From assembly GCA_002011075.2 (NCBI GenBank), contig MTMA02000006.1, forward strand, positions 831,261 through 855,260: DNA of 24,000 nucleotides. Reading direction: 5' to 3'. Numbering within the stretch: position 1 is the first letter of the stretch; each line of letters opens with the position of its first letter. The DNA is from Candidatus Scotarchaeum otlingeri. GTDB taxonomy: Archaea; Thermoproteota; Nitrososphaeria; Geothermarchaeales; JDFR-13. A program made the translations under genes and the position numbers. Below the pieces are notes generated by a model. That model had not been told where the DNA came from. It saw nothing but the letters and a program-made list of their open reading frames with translations, and did no database searches. Positions 15,027 to 23,036 of this stretch are shown here, one piece after another.

Positions 15027-16964
15027 TTACTCATATAGTTCTTCTATAAAATCGAAGATCGCATTTGCCAAGCCTTCTTTGTCTCCTACATACTCTCTAT
15101 ATCCGCCCTCTCTAGATATAAGTATAGCGCTATGTATCTCATGCGAAATCTTTGCTAGGTCATTAGCGACTACCATCTCAATACCGAGACTATCTAGCTC
15201 CTCCCGTGCTTTTTTAACCAGCGCCTCCTTATCCACATTGTACTCTAGTTTGAATCCAACGATAAATAGATCATTAAATTGTCTCCGTATCTCAGCTATT
15301 ACTTTAGGGGCGGGTGTAAGATCGATAGACCATTCTCGTCCCGACCTAAATTTATAATCCAAGAACTTTCTTGGTTTATAGTCCAGAATGGCTGCAGCGA
15401 ATATAGCGATATCATGTTTTTCTTTGGATAATTCTTTTTCTGCATTTCTTAACATGTCTTCAGTTGTAATTGCATCCACTACATCAGTGTGCCTCGGCAT
15501 AGATACTTTTCCAGGACCGTAGATAACCGTTACCTTACATCCTCTTTGAAATGCTTCTCGGGCTAACCAATATCCCAGCCGCCCTGTTGACCTATTGGAT
15601 ATATATCTTATTGGATCGATAGGATATTGGGTCGGCCCTGCTAATATAAGTACTTTTCTATCGGACAATCTACTAGCCTTGACAGCTCTAATAATATAGT
15701 CTATAGCTTCATCTGGCTTTGCTATTTTAGCAGCTCCCTCTTCATATATGGGTTCTATGAAATTTACGCCTAGCTCCTTAAGTCTAGATACACTGTTTCT
15801 AAAGATTGGATTATTATATAGCTTTAGATTCATTGCAGGTGCAATTATTAGCCTATTTGGCGCTGTGGCGGCACATAATGTTGTTACAGCGTTATCAGCG
15901 ACGCCATTTGCAATCTTGTTTATAGTATTCAATGTTGCTGGATAGATAATTACGGCATCATATTGGGAGATATGCTCTGCCTTTCCGCTCAATTCGATTA
16001 CTACCTCTTCATCTGATGCCCACTCCATAACTTTAGGGCTGACTCCATAATCCACAGCATATTTAGTCATAAATACTTTTACTTCACCGCCATATCTCCT
16101 AATTAATCTAGCTAATTTAGGGGCTTCTATAGTAGCCACACTTCCAGTGAGACATAGACCGATCTTCTTGCCGAGAAGCTTATTTGACTTTATTCTTAGC
16201 TCATTCTCACCTTCAATAATGTGGCTATAATCTATATAGCTTGTTTTACATGGACTTCCAGATGCATATAATAACCTTGGTTTCTCTCCATAAGCGATTA
16301 TTGTAGATGAGGATGTAACCCAATCTTCACCATGCATACATATGGAGTATCTCGTATATCCATGTTGATGATCCCTAGCGATATTAATGAGCCAATCGAT
16401 GATTCCACCTATTTTTTCAGGGGGGTTCTTAGTAAGCTCCTGAGCTCGCTTAAACCTGGTCATACAAGCCTTATAAGCCGTCTCATCATAGTTCTTGGGT
16501 CTATATCCCTCTGTCGACATGATATTAGTGAATATATGTATACCCCCAGGAAGATCTCTCCTATAGATTTCATTATCATATAATATGTGTACTAGACGGG
16601 AACTATCGCATAAAACGAAATTACCCTTCTTATAGATACCCCTTGAAAGCTCTTTTTCAAGATGATCTAATGCCTGATCCACTGAATCGTAGTTAAGTAA
16701 TATATCCAGCATTAGTTTCCCTCTACTCCTTTTACTCACCCACCATTCACCAGTGTGCTGATCCACAACCATAGCCATCAAACCCTTTTCATTAAAGCCT
16801 ATCCATGTTCCCCCTGAAGCAAGATCAATCGGCATATAGGCTGTATATCTACCGGAATACCGGCTAGGAGGGTATTCGATAGTCCCGATAGGAGCATATC
16901 TATTATCAAGGACTATATAGGGATACTCTTTATTCCATTGATATAATATAATACCGAGGCACAT
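15027..16964 (-). CDS. coaBC: Triple-domain fusion: N-terminal TANGO2/NRDE-family domain (aa 1-~250) + phosphopantothenoylcysteine decarboxylase CoaC (aa ~264-430) + phosphopantothenate-cysteine ligase CoaB (aa ~436-645)
   Basis: Single uninterrupted 645-codon ORF. The N-terminal domain has an MC start, LDNRY (vs NRDE), GGTWIGFNEKGLMAMVVD, KRSRGKLMLDIL and SICMHGEDWVTSSSTIIAYG, which parallel human TANGO2 GGTWLGISTRGKLAALTN, ARGRGELVTHFL and CVRCPGYGTRTNTIILVD. CoaC: KIGLCLTGSVATIEAPKL, YPATLNTINKIANGVADN and APAMNLKLY. CoaB: VLILAGPTQYPIDPIRYISNRSTGRLG, AAAILDYKP and VGFKLE. Confidence 0.85.
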   Translation of the reverse strand: MCLGIILYQWNKEYPYIVLDNRYAPIGTIEYPPSRYSGRYTAYMPIDLASGGTWIGFNEKGLMAMVVDQHTGEWWVSKRSRGKLMLDILLNYDSVDQALDHLEKELSRGIYKKGNFVLCDSSRLVHILYDNEIYRRDLPGGIHIFTNIMSTEGYRPKNYDETAYKACMTRFKRAQELTKNPPEKIGGIIDWLINIARDHQHGYTRYSICMHGEDWVTSSSTIIAYGEKPRLLYASGSPCKTSYIDYSHIIEGENELRIKSNKLLGKKIGLCLTGSVATIEAPKLARLIRRYGGEVKVFMTKYAVDYGVSPKVMEWASDEEVVIELSGKAEHISQYDAVIIYPATLNTINKIANGVADNAVTTLCAATAPNRLIIAPAMNLKLYNNPIFRNSVSRLKELGVNFIEPIYEEGAAKIAKPDEAIDYIIRAVKASRLSDRKVLILAGPTQYPIDPIRYISNRSTGRLGYWLAREAFQRGCKVTVIYGPGKVSMPRHTDVVDAITTEDMLRNAEKELSKEKHDIAIFAAAILDYKPRKFLDYKFRSGREWSIDLTPAPKVIAEIRRQFNDLFIVGFKLEYNVDKEALVKKAREELDSLGIEMVVANDLAKISHEIHSAILISREGGYREYVGDKEGLANAIFDFIEELYE

Positions 16965-17133
16965 ACCATAATAGAAGAGGACTACTATAATATTTCTATC
17001 TATATCATAGAAAAGATAATCTTATACATCTAGATATGAATCTGACTGTATTTGAATAAATCCCGTAGGAAGTATATATATAGAATACAGTGTTTCATCA
17101 CTAATAGGATGAAGTAGATAAAAATTGGCTAGG

Positions 17134-18576
17134 TTACTCCATCTCTATGTCGTGCGGTAGACTTTCTCTCCAACCGGCATCTGATATACGGATGAACATA
17201 GCATTTCTCCGGAGTTCACTGATTGTTTTTGCGCCTAAATAGCTCATTCCGGCCCTTAATCCCGATATTAATCTATTGACAACTTCTTCGACGCTTCCAC
17301 GATATTCTACAAAGGCTTCAACGCCCTCCGCGGTAAAGGCATAGTCAGTTATATCATCTAATTCTAACATCTCTCTTTCAGCTTCCTCCTTACCTAATCT
17401 AGCGTAGAAACTAGCCATCCCTCTATAGATCTTATATCTTCTTCCATTTCTAAGAATTATCGAACCAGGGCTCTCATCTGTTCCAGCGAATAATCTACCA
17501 ATCATTATTGTTGATGCTCCTGCCGCTAATGCCTTTACAACATCTCCAGGGAACCTTATTCCGCCATCGGCTATCAACGGTATATCCATCGCCTTAGCTT
17601 TCTCATAGCACTTCATAATAGCTGTTAGCTGAGGGACACCTACCCCCGTAACTATCCTTGTAGTACAAATAGAACCGGGACCAATTCCCACCCTCACAGA
17701 GTCGGCACCTGCAGAAGCTAGATCCTCTACTCCCTCTGGCGTTGCTACATTTCCACCTACGACTTCTATATCGCCATAAATCCTTTTTATCTGTTTTATG
17801 GCATTAATCACTAGATCCATGTGGCCATGGGCAACGTCTATGACGATAGCATCCACATCTACCTCCAATAATTCCTTTACCCTTTTAAGATATCCTTCAC
17901 GTACCCCCACGGCGGCCGCTACTAATAGCCTGCCTTTTCTATCTCTAGCGGCTTCTGGATACATCTCTCTTTTTATAATATCTATTGCTGTTATAAGGCC
18001 AACCAGCTTACCTGAATCATCTACAAGAGGCAGCTTCTCTATCTTATGTTGCCTTAGGATATCTTTGGCCTCATCTATACTTATGTTAGGCTTAGCGGTT
18101 ATCAGTCTTTTCTTAGGGGTCATAACCTCATATACTCTTCGTGAATCTGTCTCAAACTGGATATCTCTATGTGTAATTATTCCTACAAGCTCTCCACCAC
18201 GTACTACCATTAACCCGCTTACACCATATTTCTCCATCATTTCCTTTGCAACTGATATTCTTTCATCCGGAGATATCCTGTAGGGTTCGTCTATAACTAT
18301 ATTCTCCGCTCTTTTAACTCGTTTAACCATCTCTATCTGTTTTTCGATCGGGATATACCTATGTATGACTCCTATCCCACCCTTACGTGCGATTGTTATG
18401 GCCATCTTATCCTCTGTAACTGTATCCATTGGAGAAGATACTAGAGGTATATTCAGCACTATTTTTTTGGTAAATTGGGTTTGAGTATTAGCCTCTTTCC
18501 TTGATTTCAATGAGGACCTTCTTGGTAATAATAGAACATCATCGAATGTTAAGGCATACGGTATTTCTCCATTCAA
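17134..18576 (-). CDS. guaB: Inosine-5'-monophosphate dehydrogenase with a CBS pair
   Basis: 480 aa. Motifs present: [19 protein letters not shown], a CBS region, the catalytic loop [18 protein letters not shown] and GMAS. The track start is TTG at 18576. An upstream in-frame ATG hits a stop, so the start codon is not fully certain. Confidence 0.93.
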   Translation of the reverse strand: MNGEIPYALTFDDVLLLPRRSSLKSRKEANTQTQFTKKIVLNIPLVSSPMDTVTEDKMAITIARKGGIGVIHRYIPIEKQIEMVKRVKRAENIVIDEPYRISPDERISVAKEMMEKYGVSGLMVVRGGELVGIITHRDIQFETDSRRVYEVMTPKKRLITAKPNISIDEAKDILRQHKIEKLPLVDDSGKLVGLITAIDIIKREMYPEAARDRKGRLLVAAAVGVREGYLKRVKELLEVDVDAIVIDVAHGHMDLVINAIKQIKRIYGDIEVVGGNVATPEGVEDLASAGADSVRVGIGPGSICTTRIVTGVGVPQLTAIMKCYEKAKAMDIPLIADGGIRFPGDVVKALAAGASTIMIGRLFAGTDESPGSIILRNGRRYKIYRGMASFYARLGKEEAEREMLELDDITDYAFTAEGVEAFVEYRGSVEEVVNRLISGLRAGMSYLGAKTISELRRNAMFIRISDAGWRESLPHDIEME

Positions 18577-18678
18577 TTGGTTCCCTTAATTTATAAACAT
18601 AATGATTCAAATATAAATATTCACCTTACTGGCTTTTTTGGATTAGATAACTCATGTAATTATAGATACATATTTCTT

Positions 18679-19455
18679 TCATAGATAATATATGTCTCTC
18701 CTTCTCTCATCTAATAAAGGCAGCAGTTTCCTCATTTCCACAATCTCAGATAGATCAATTTCCACAGCTAACAGTTTTTCCCCTTCACCCGCTTCGATTA
18801 ATATGTTGCCTTTAGGAGAGGCAACTAAAGAGTTACCGCAAAAATGGTATTTATCTGTTCCGACACGATTACATGCAACCATATACACCTGATTTTCTAT
18901 AGCCCGTGCAAGAATCAGAGACCGCCAATGATGTATCCTCTTACACGGCCATTCTGCACATATAAATATTATCTCTGCTCCTTTTAGGGCTAGGGTTCTA
19001 GCGAACTCTGGGAACCTTAGATCGTAACATATCATCATACCTATTTTATAGCCATTTACATTATAGACTTCTACTGAATTCCCAGCCTCAAAAATCTTAT
19101 GTTCGCCCATTAGTTTAATCAGATGTGTTTTATGATAAAATCCAATTAAGCCGTCTGGACCTATTAGATGCATAGAATTATATAGTTTATCTCCCTCCTT
19201 GAGGGGTACTGAACCCATTATATAAATATTGTTCTCTTTTGCTTTTAGAGTAAGTTGAGTGAATAATTCACTATCTCTATTCTCTGCTAAGTCATAGATA
19301 TTATCGGCATATGCTGTCGTCCATAGTTCAGGTAGAAGAATAAATTCAGCTCCCTGAGAAGCCAATTTATCGATAGAGTTAAATGCCTTCCTAATATTAG
19401 TATCCTTATCCCCTATGGAGATATCTAGCTGGGCTATACCTACATGTACCTTCAT
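18679..19455 (-). CDS. Carbon-nitrogen hydrolase (nitrilase superfamily; omega-amidase/MtnU/YafV-like)
   Basis: 258 aa. The Glu-Lys-Cys triad is in LPELWTT, YHKTHL and MMICYDLRFPE. CAEWP...HW..L..ARAIENQ is typical of the Nit/omega-amidase branch. It resembles B. subtilis MtnU as I recall it. The start overlaps the upstream stop (ATGA). Confidence 0.85.
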   Translation of the reverse strand: MKVHVGIAQLDISIGDKDTNIRKAFNSIDKLASQGAEFILLPELWTTAYADNIYDLAENRDSELFTQLTLKAKENNIYIMGSVPLKEGDKLYNSMHLIGPDGLIGFYHKTHLIKLMGEHKIFEAGNSVEVYNVNGYKIGMMICYDLRFPEFARTLALKGAEIIFICAEWPCKRIHHWRSLILARAIENQVYMVACNRVGTDKYHFCGNSLVASPKGNILIEAGEGEKLLAVEIDLSEIVEMRKLLPLLDERRRDIYYL

Positions 19456-20117
19456 AGGAAATTCACCATATATCTATGTGTAATCTTCCTATTGAGAATC
19501 GGGTCCTCCATCTCTATTATAAATTCCCTAGTGTAACATAGATCTCGCTTCAATGGAATCGTCCCGGAGAAGAGAGCTACACCCTTTCTATTCAAATCAA
19601 ATATTTCAAGGAGCCTTTCAGGGTGAATAATCATCTCGAGGAATCCCTCTTGATATAGCTCTAGCCTATTGTTCATAACTACATAGGAACGTATAATCAG
19701 TTTATCCCAATGCTCTCTCAATTCGTTATATCGCCATACAGTCGGCGCAATTATTTTAGGACATAGCTGTTTTGAGCGTTGAATATCGCTTTTCTCGAGC
19801 CATCTATCTGTATGGTCGCTACCGACAGTTACGTATATATCGTCACCTATTAAAAGGACATACTCAACTTCACCCGATGTCTTATCGCCAATTACTTCGA
19901 TTTTATCCCCTGTAGTCAGGAGATAGGGTGATACCCTCATAATTATAGGGGTGGATTTAGGGGCTGGTACACCTAATTTCTGGAGCTCTAATATATGCAT
20001 CCGAACTAATTCTCGGTTCCTACCTGTATAGCCAGCTAAATATAACTCTTCAATATCAACTAGCTCATCCACTAATTCTCCATCTGCTTCTACTATTTCG
20101 ACCTTGATTTTAACCAT
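19452..20117 (-). CDS. Conserved protein of unknown function, DUF2848-like
   Basis: 221 aa. AGYTGRN..V..HI.EL..LGVP.P, TSGEVEYVLL, VGSDHTDR, SKQLCPK and HWD fit my memory of the DUF2848 consensus. No catalytic assignment is possible from sequence alone. Confidence 0.4.
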   Translation of the reverse strand: MVKIKVEIVEADGELVDELVDIEELYLAGYTGRNRELVRMHILELQKLGVPAPKSTPIIMRVSPYLLTTGDKIEVIGDKTSGEVEYVLLIGDDIYVTVGSDHTDRWLEKSDIQRSKQLCPKIIAPTVWRYNELREHWDKLIIRSYVVMNNRLELYQEGFLEMIIHPERLLEIFDLNRKGVALFSGTIPLKRDLCYTREFIIEMEDPILNRKITHRYMVNFL

Positions 20118-20142
20118 TATGTATCCTCATCAACAATTAAGG

Positions 20143-21465
20143 TTAGTCTAGCATTGTAGCAAGCGGACCTTTCTTCCACGCCTCTATAGCAGCCTTAAGT
20201 TCAGGATGATCTTCTGCGTATTCTTCTAGTGGTATTTTTTTCATAGTGGCTTCGATAGCTTGTCTAAAGGATTTGGCTCCGGCTCTTGGACCCATGGGAT
20301 GTGCATGTATAGCTCCGCCAACACCGATCGCTACATGTATCCCGAAATCCTTGACTAATTTAGGCACCATCAATTGCGTTATGCCTCCAGCCGGCATCGG
20401 TAAAGTCGGTAGAATATGTTGCATTGGAAATAATAGCGTCCTTCCTACCTTCAGATACTTATCTTTGATATAGAATGGCTGCTTGCCATAAGGAGCAGGA
20501 TATACCATGATATCGGCTCCAGCCAACCTCGGTAGTTTACCCATAATAATCTCTGATGATACTCCTGTCTCTGGGTCCTCATATATTGCCCCCGCGAAGT
20601 CCATATGTGCAAGTATAGGTACATTGATACTGGGATCCTCGGCCAGCCCCTTAAGTGTTCCTATACCAGCAGTCAAATAATTAACCATCAATGCATTAGC
20701 ACCTAGCTCTATCACCCTATCAGCCAATTCAAATATCCTCGGTGGGTCCGCAGTAATGTTTATCGTATACATCTTCTTCTCCCCTGTCTCCTCCTCCGCT
20801 TTATCCACGACCTCCATATACTTGACGATTCTGTCTTCAACTTTATTGAACGGGGCATCGGCAAGAAGCTCATCGTCTTTCACAAAATCGACTCCTCCCA
20901 CCAAGGCTTCATAAGCCAGTCGTGCGCCGATATCAGGCGGGAAACCCGTGCAGGGCTTAATCATATTGTTTAGGATTGGTCTGTCCGTTACCTTAAGGTT
21001 ATATCTTATCCCAGGAACACCGAACTTAGGTCCCTTAAATAATTTTATGAATGACTTTGGGAAAGAAACATCTATTAACTTGACTCTCCCTGCAAGAGAG
21101 ATATTACCTACTATTGTAGATAACATCATGGAAATTTCATTCATAAAATTCTCGTATGGAAAAGCGATGGAGATGAGATATCGCCTTAAATTAATCTCCT
21201 CAGGAACCTCATACTCATAGTCTGGCACTTCATTTATCCTAATTACTTTAGCCACGTGACGTCTCCTCAACTCAGGGGTCTCCCCGGGAACCTTTGTCCA
21301 TGTACCTGTAGATTGCTCTATAGCAATCAACATAGATACCTTGTCAACCTCCCAATTCCTAGGCAAAGCGGTATAATATGTAGCTATAATATATCGTTCA
21401 GGGTCGATACCTTCTGGAAGCGCTATGGGAAGCGATTCGACATCGACATCATCCATATTATGCAC
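20143..21465 (-). CDS. RuBisCO large-subunit-like protein, form IV (RLP), not a carboxylase
   Basis: 440 aa. The RuBisCO fold motifs STGTW, VGN, FVKDDE, GGxxxHAHP and GxRAGAxxxRQA are present. KPKxG is KPCTG, HRAMH is HMDFA, HVGT is MVYP and SGG is AGG. The overall pattern is close to YkrW/MtnW-type RLPs (GLAEDPSINVPILAH, GADIMVYPAPYG). The track start is GTG 21465. ATG 21456, preceded by GGGGTG, is an equally good start. Confidence 0.88.
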   Translation of the reverse strand: MHNMDDVDVESLPIALPEGIDPERYIIATYYTALPRNWEVDKVSMLIAIEQSTGTWTKVPGETPELRRRHVAKVIRINEVPDYEYEVPEEINLRRYLISIAFPYENFMNEISMMLSTIVGNISLAGRVKLIDVSFPKSFIKLFKGPKFGVPGIRYNLKVTDRPILNNMIKPCTGFPPDIGARLAYEALVGGVDFVKDDELLADAPFNKVEDRIVKYMEVVDKAEEETGEKKMYTINITADPPRIFELADRVIELGANALMVNYLTAGIGTLKGLAEDPSINVPILAHMDFAGAIYEDPETGVSSEIIMGKLPRLAGADIMVYPAPYGKQPFYIKDKYLKVGRTLLFPMQHILPTLPMPAGGITQLMVPKLVKDFGIHVAIGVGGAIHAHPMGPRAGAKSFRQAIEATMKKIPLEEYAEDHPELKAAIEAWKKGPLATMLD

Positions 21466-21519
21466 CCCAATATCATAGTTAATATACGATAATAAATTCT
21501 GTCATAATACTGAGTTACG

Positions 21520-23028
21520 CTAGCCATTTAACGCTGCATATGCATCAGCGAGATAATCATGCATCTCTTTATAGACTTCATATAATTCTCCATATACCTC
21601 CTCATACTCCTCATTGGGATGATAATGATATTGATACCTTATATTCTGCACAGCTTCTGCCAACGAATGATACTTACCGGCTCCAACCATAGCCATCAGT
21701 GCAGCTCCTTCTGCTACAGATTCTACAATGTCTCTCACAACCCTTATCTCCTTCTGTAACACATCAGTTATAACCTCTGAAACTGTTCTTGACCTAAGAA
21801 ATCCTCCTGAAGCAGGGAAATAATCATGGGATACACCTGTATTCTCCTCCACCAGCTCACTGATCCATCTCAGGTTGAAACCGATACCTTCAACAAGTGC
21901 CCTAGCCACATCACTAATTTTATGGTCTAGACTTAGATTGAAGAAGCATCCCCTTGCATATATATCTGGTATGGGCGCTCTCTCGCCGTACATCCATGGA
22001 AGAAATATAACCTTATTTGCTCCAGGAGAACTTGCCTTAATCAAACCATCCATATAACTATATGGATCCCGTTCCTTAGAGATACCCGATATAAAGGTAT
22101 CGATAAACCATTTATACGCCGCGCCTGCGCTCTCCATCTCGCCTATAAATATCCATAAATTGGGTTCCGTGAATAATATTGTACCCATACCATGTTCAGC
22201 ATCTAGCATCCGCTCTTCAACTATAGTGGATATCCATGCTGAGGAACCTATATATAGATGAGTATCTCCAGGTGAAACAGCGCCTGTACCTATTGATGCA
22301 GCTATAACATCCCCAGATCCGTTGACGACTATAGTATCCTCATCTAGACCCAGTTCATTAGCAGCATCACTGGACAAATGACCTACTACATCTAATGCAC
22401 CCTTGAATTCAGGATATTTCTCTATATCCAAATTGAATATCTCAGCTATTCTATCGGAATATTTGAGATTATTCATATCAAAAGTTCCCCTTACAGATGC
22501 ACATGCATAATCTGTGACCACTTCACCCGTCATTTTATAGATTATGTAGTCTTTAACATCCATTATGTACTCTGCATCATCATATATATCAGGCTTATTA
22601 TTCTTAAGCCATAGAATTTTGGGTAAAGCATCTTTTCCACCTGGTACTCCACCTACATGGTCAAGAAGCTCGTCGACACCAAATTCTCCTAGTATCTCAT
22701 CGGCCTCTTCTTCCGCTCGGTTATCAAGCCAAATGATACATCTAGTTAAAGGACTTCCCTCTTTAGAGAGAGGAAGAACCCCTATCATCTGGGCACTTAT
22801 ACTGAGAGCTTCAACTTTGATGCCGGTTTTATCAGCCTTTGTTATCAATTTATTTATGACGTCTTTAATTCCAAGCCACCAATCATCTGGATCTTGCTCA
22901 GCCCACCCCTTTTCCGGATAGAATGTTCTCAATGAACTTGATGCAGTAGATATCAATTCTAGGTTTTCATCGACAAGGACCCCTTTTATCGCACCGGTAC
23001 CAAGATCTAAACCAATATAATAACTCAT
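21520..23028 (-). CDS. FGGY-family carbohydrate kinase (xylulokinase/ribulokinase-like; substrate unknown)
   Basis: 502 aa. N-terminal YIGLDLGTGAIKGVLVD. Also has GSGDVIAASIGTGAV...IGSSAWIS and a C-terminal ASGGFLRSRTVSEVITDVLQKEI. Its ATG lies 8 nt after the upstream stop. Confidence 0.85.
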   Translation of the reverse strand: MSYYIGLDLGTGAIKGVLVDENLELISTASSSLRTFYPEKGWAEQDPDDWWLGIKDVINKLITKADKTGIKVEALSISAQMIGVLPLSKEGSPLTRCIIWLDNRAEEEADEILGEFGVDELLDHVGGVPGGKDALPKILWLKNNKPDIYDDAEYIMDVKDYIIYKMTGEVVTDYACASVRGTFDMNNLKYSDRIAEIFNLDIEKYPEFKGALDVVGHLSSDAANELGLDEDTIVVNGSGDVIAASIGTGAVSPGDTHLYIGSSAWISTIVEERMLDAEHGMGTILFTEPNLWIFIGEMESAGAAYKWFIDTFISGISKERDPYSYMDGLIKASSPGANKVIFLPWMYGERAPIPDIYARGCFFNLSLDHKISDVARALVEGIGFNLRWISELVEENTGVSHDYFPASGGFLRSRTVSEVITDVLQKEIRVVRDIVESVAEGAALMAMVGAGKYHSLAEAVQNIRYQYHYHPNEEYEEVYGELYEVYKEMHDYLADAYAALNG

Positions 23029-23036
23029 AATCCCAT

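Noticed and set aside
15016-15027. 12-bp perfect palindrome ATGATGCATCAT between the convergent permease and coaBC genes, as a possible bidirectional terminator hairpin
   Set aside because: It has no loop, so the usable stem is at most 4 bp. It has no flanking T-tract and is AT-rich. It is too weak to call.
16965-17133. Longest intergenic gap (169 bp), examined for a tRNA, sRNA or small ORF
   Set aside because: No tRNA-like GC-rich stems or conserved boxes were found. Only trivial ORFs of 23 aa or fewer are present. The region is most simply the coaBC promoter plus the guaB 3' region.
17798-18283. Long antisense or alternative-frame ORFs: 17798-18283 (161 aa), 22565-22921 (118 aa), 15016-15357 (113 aa), 23146-23457, 4663-4953, 12065-12349, 771-1019, 20948-21220, 9748-9987, 14743-14937 and the other short track ORFs
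   Set aside because: All lie entirely inside strongly supported genes on the opposite strand or in another frame. They have low-complexity Ser/Leu/Ile/Thr-rich translations with no recognisable motifs. They are typical shadow ORFs.
20143-21465. Bona fide archaeal form-III RuBisCO (AMP/nucleoside salvage carboxylase), tempting because nucleoside transport and guaB are nearby
   Set aside because: Residues essential for RuBP binding and carboxylation are replaced: R295 to M, H298 to A, H327 to V/Y, S379 to A and K177 to C. No AMP phosphorylase or R15P isomerase homologues are seen. It is a form-IV RLP.
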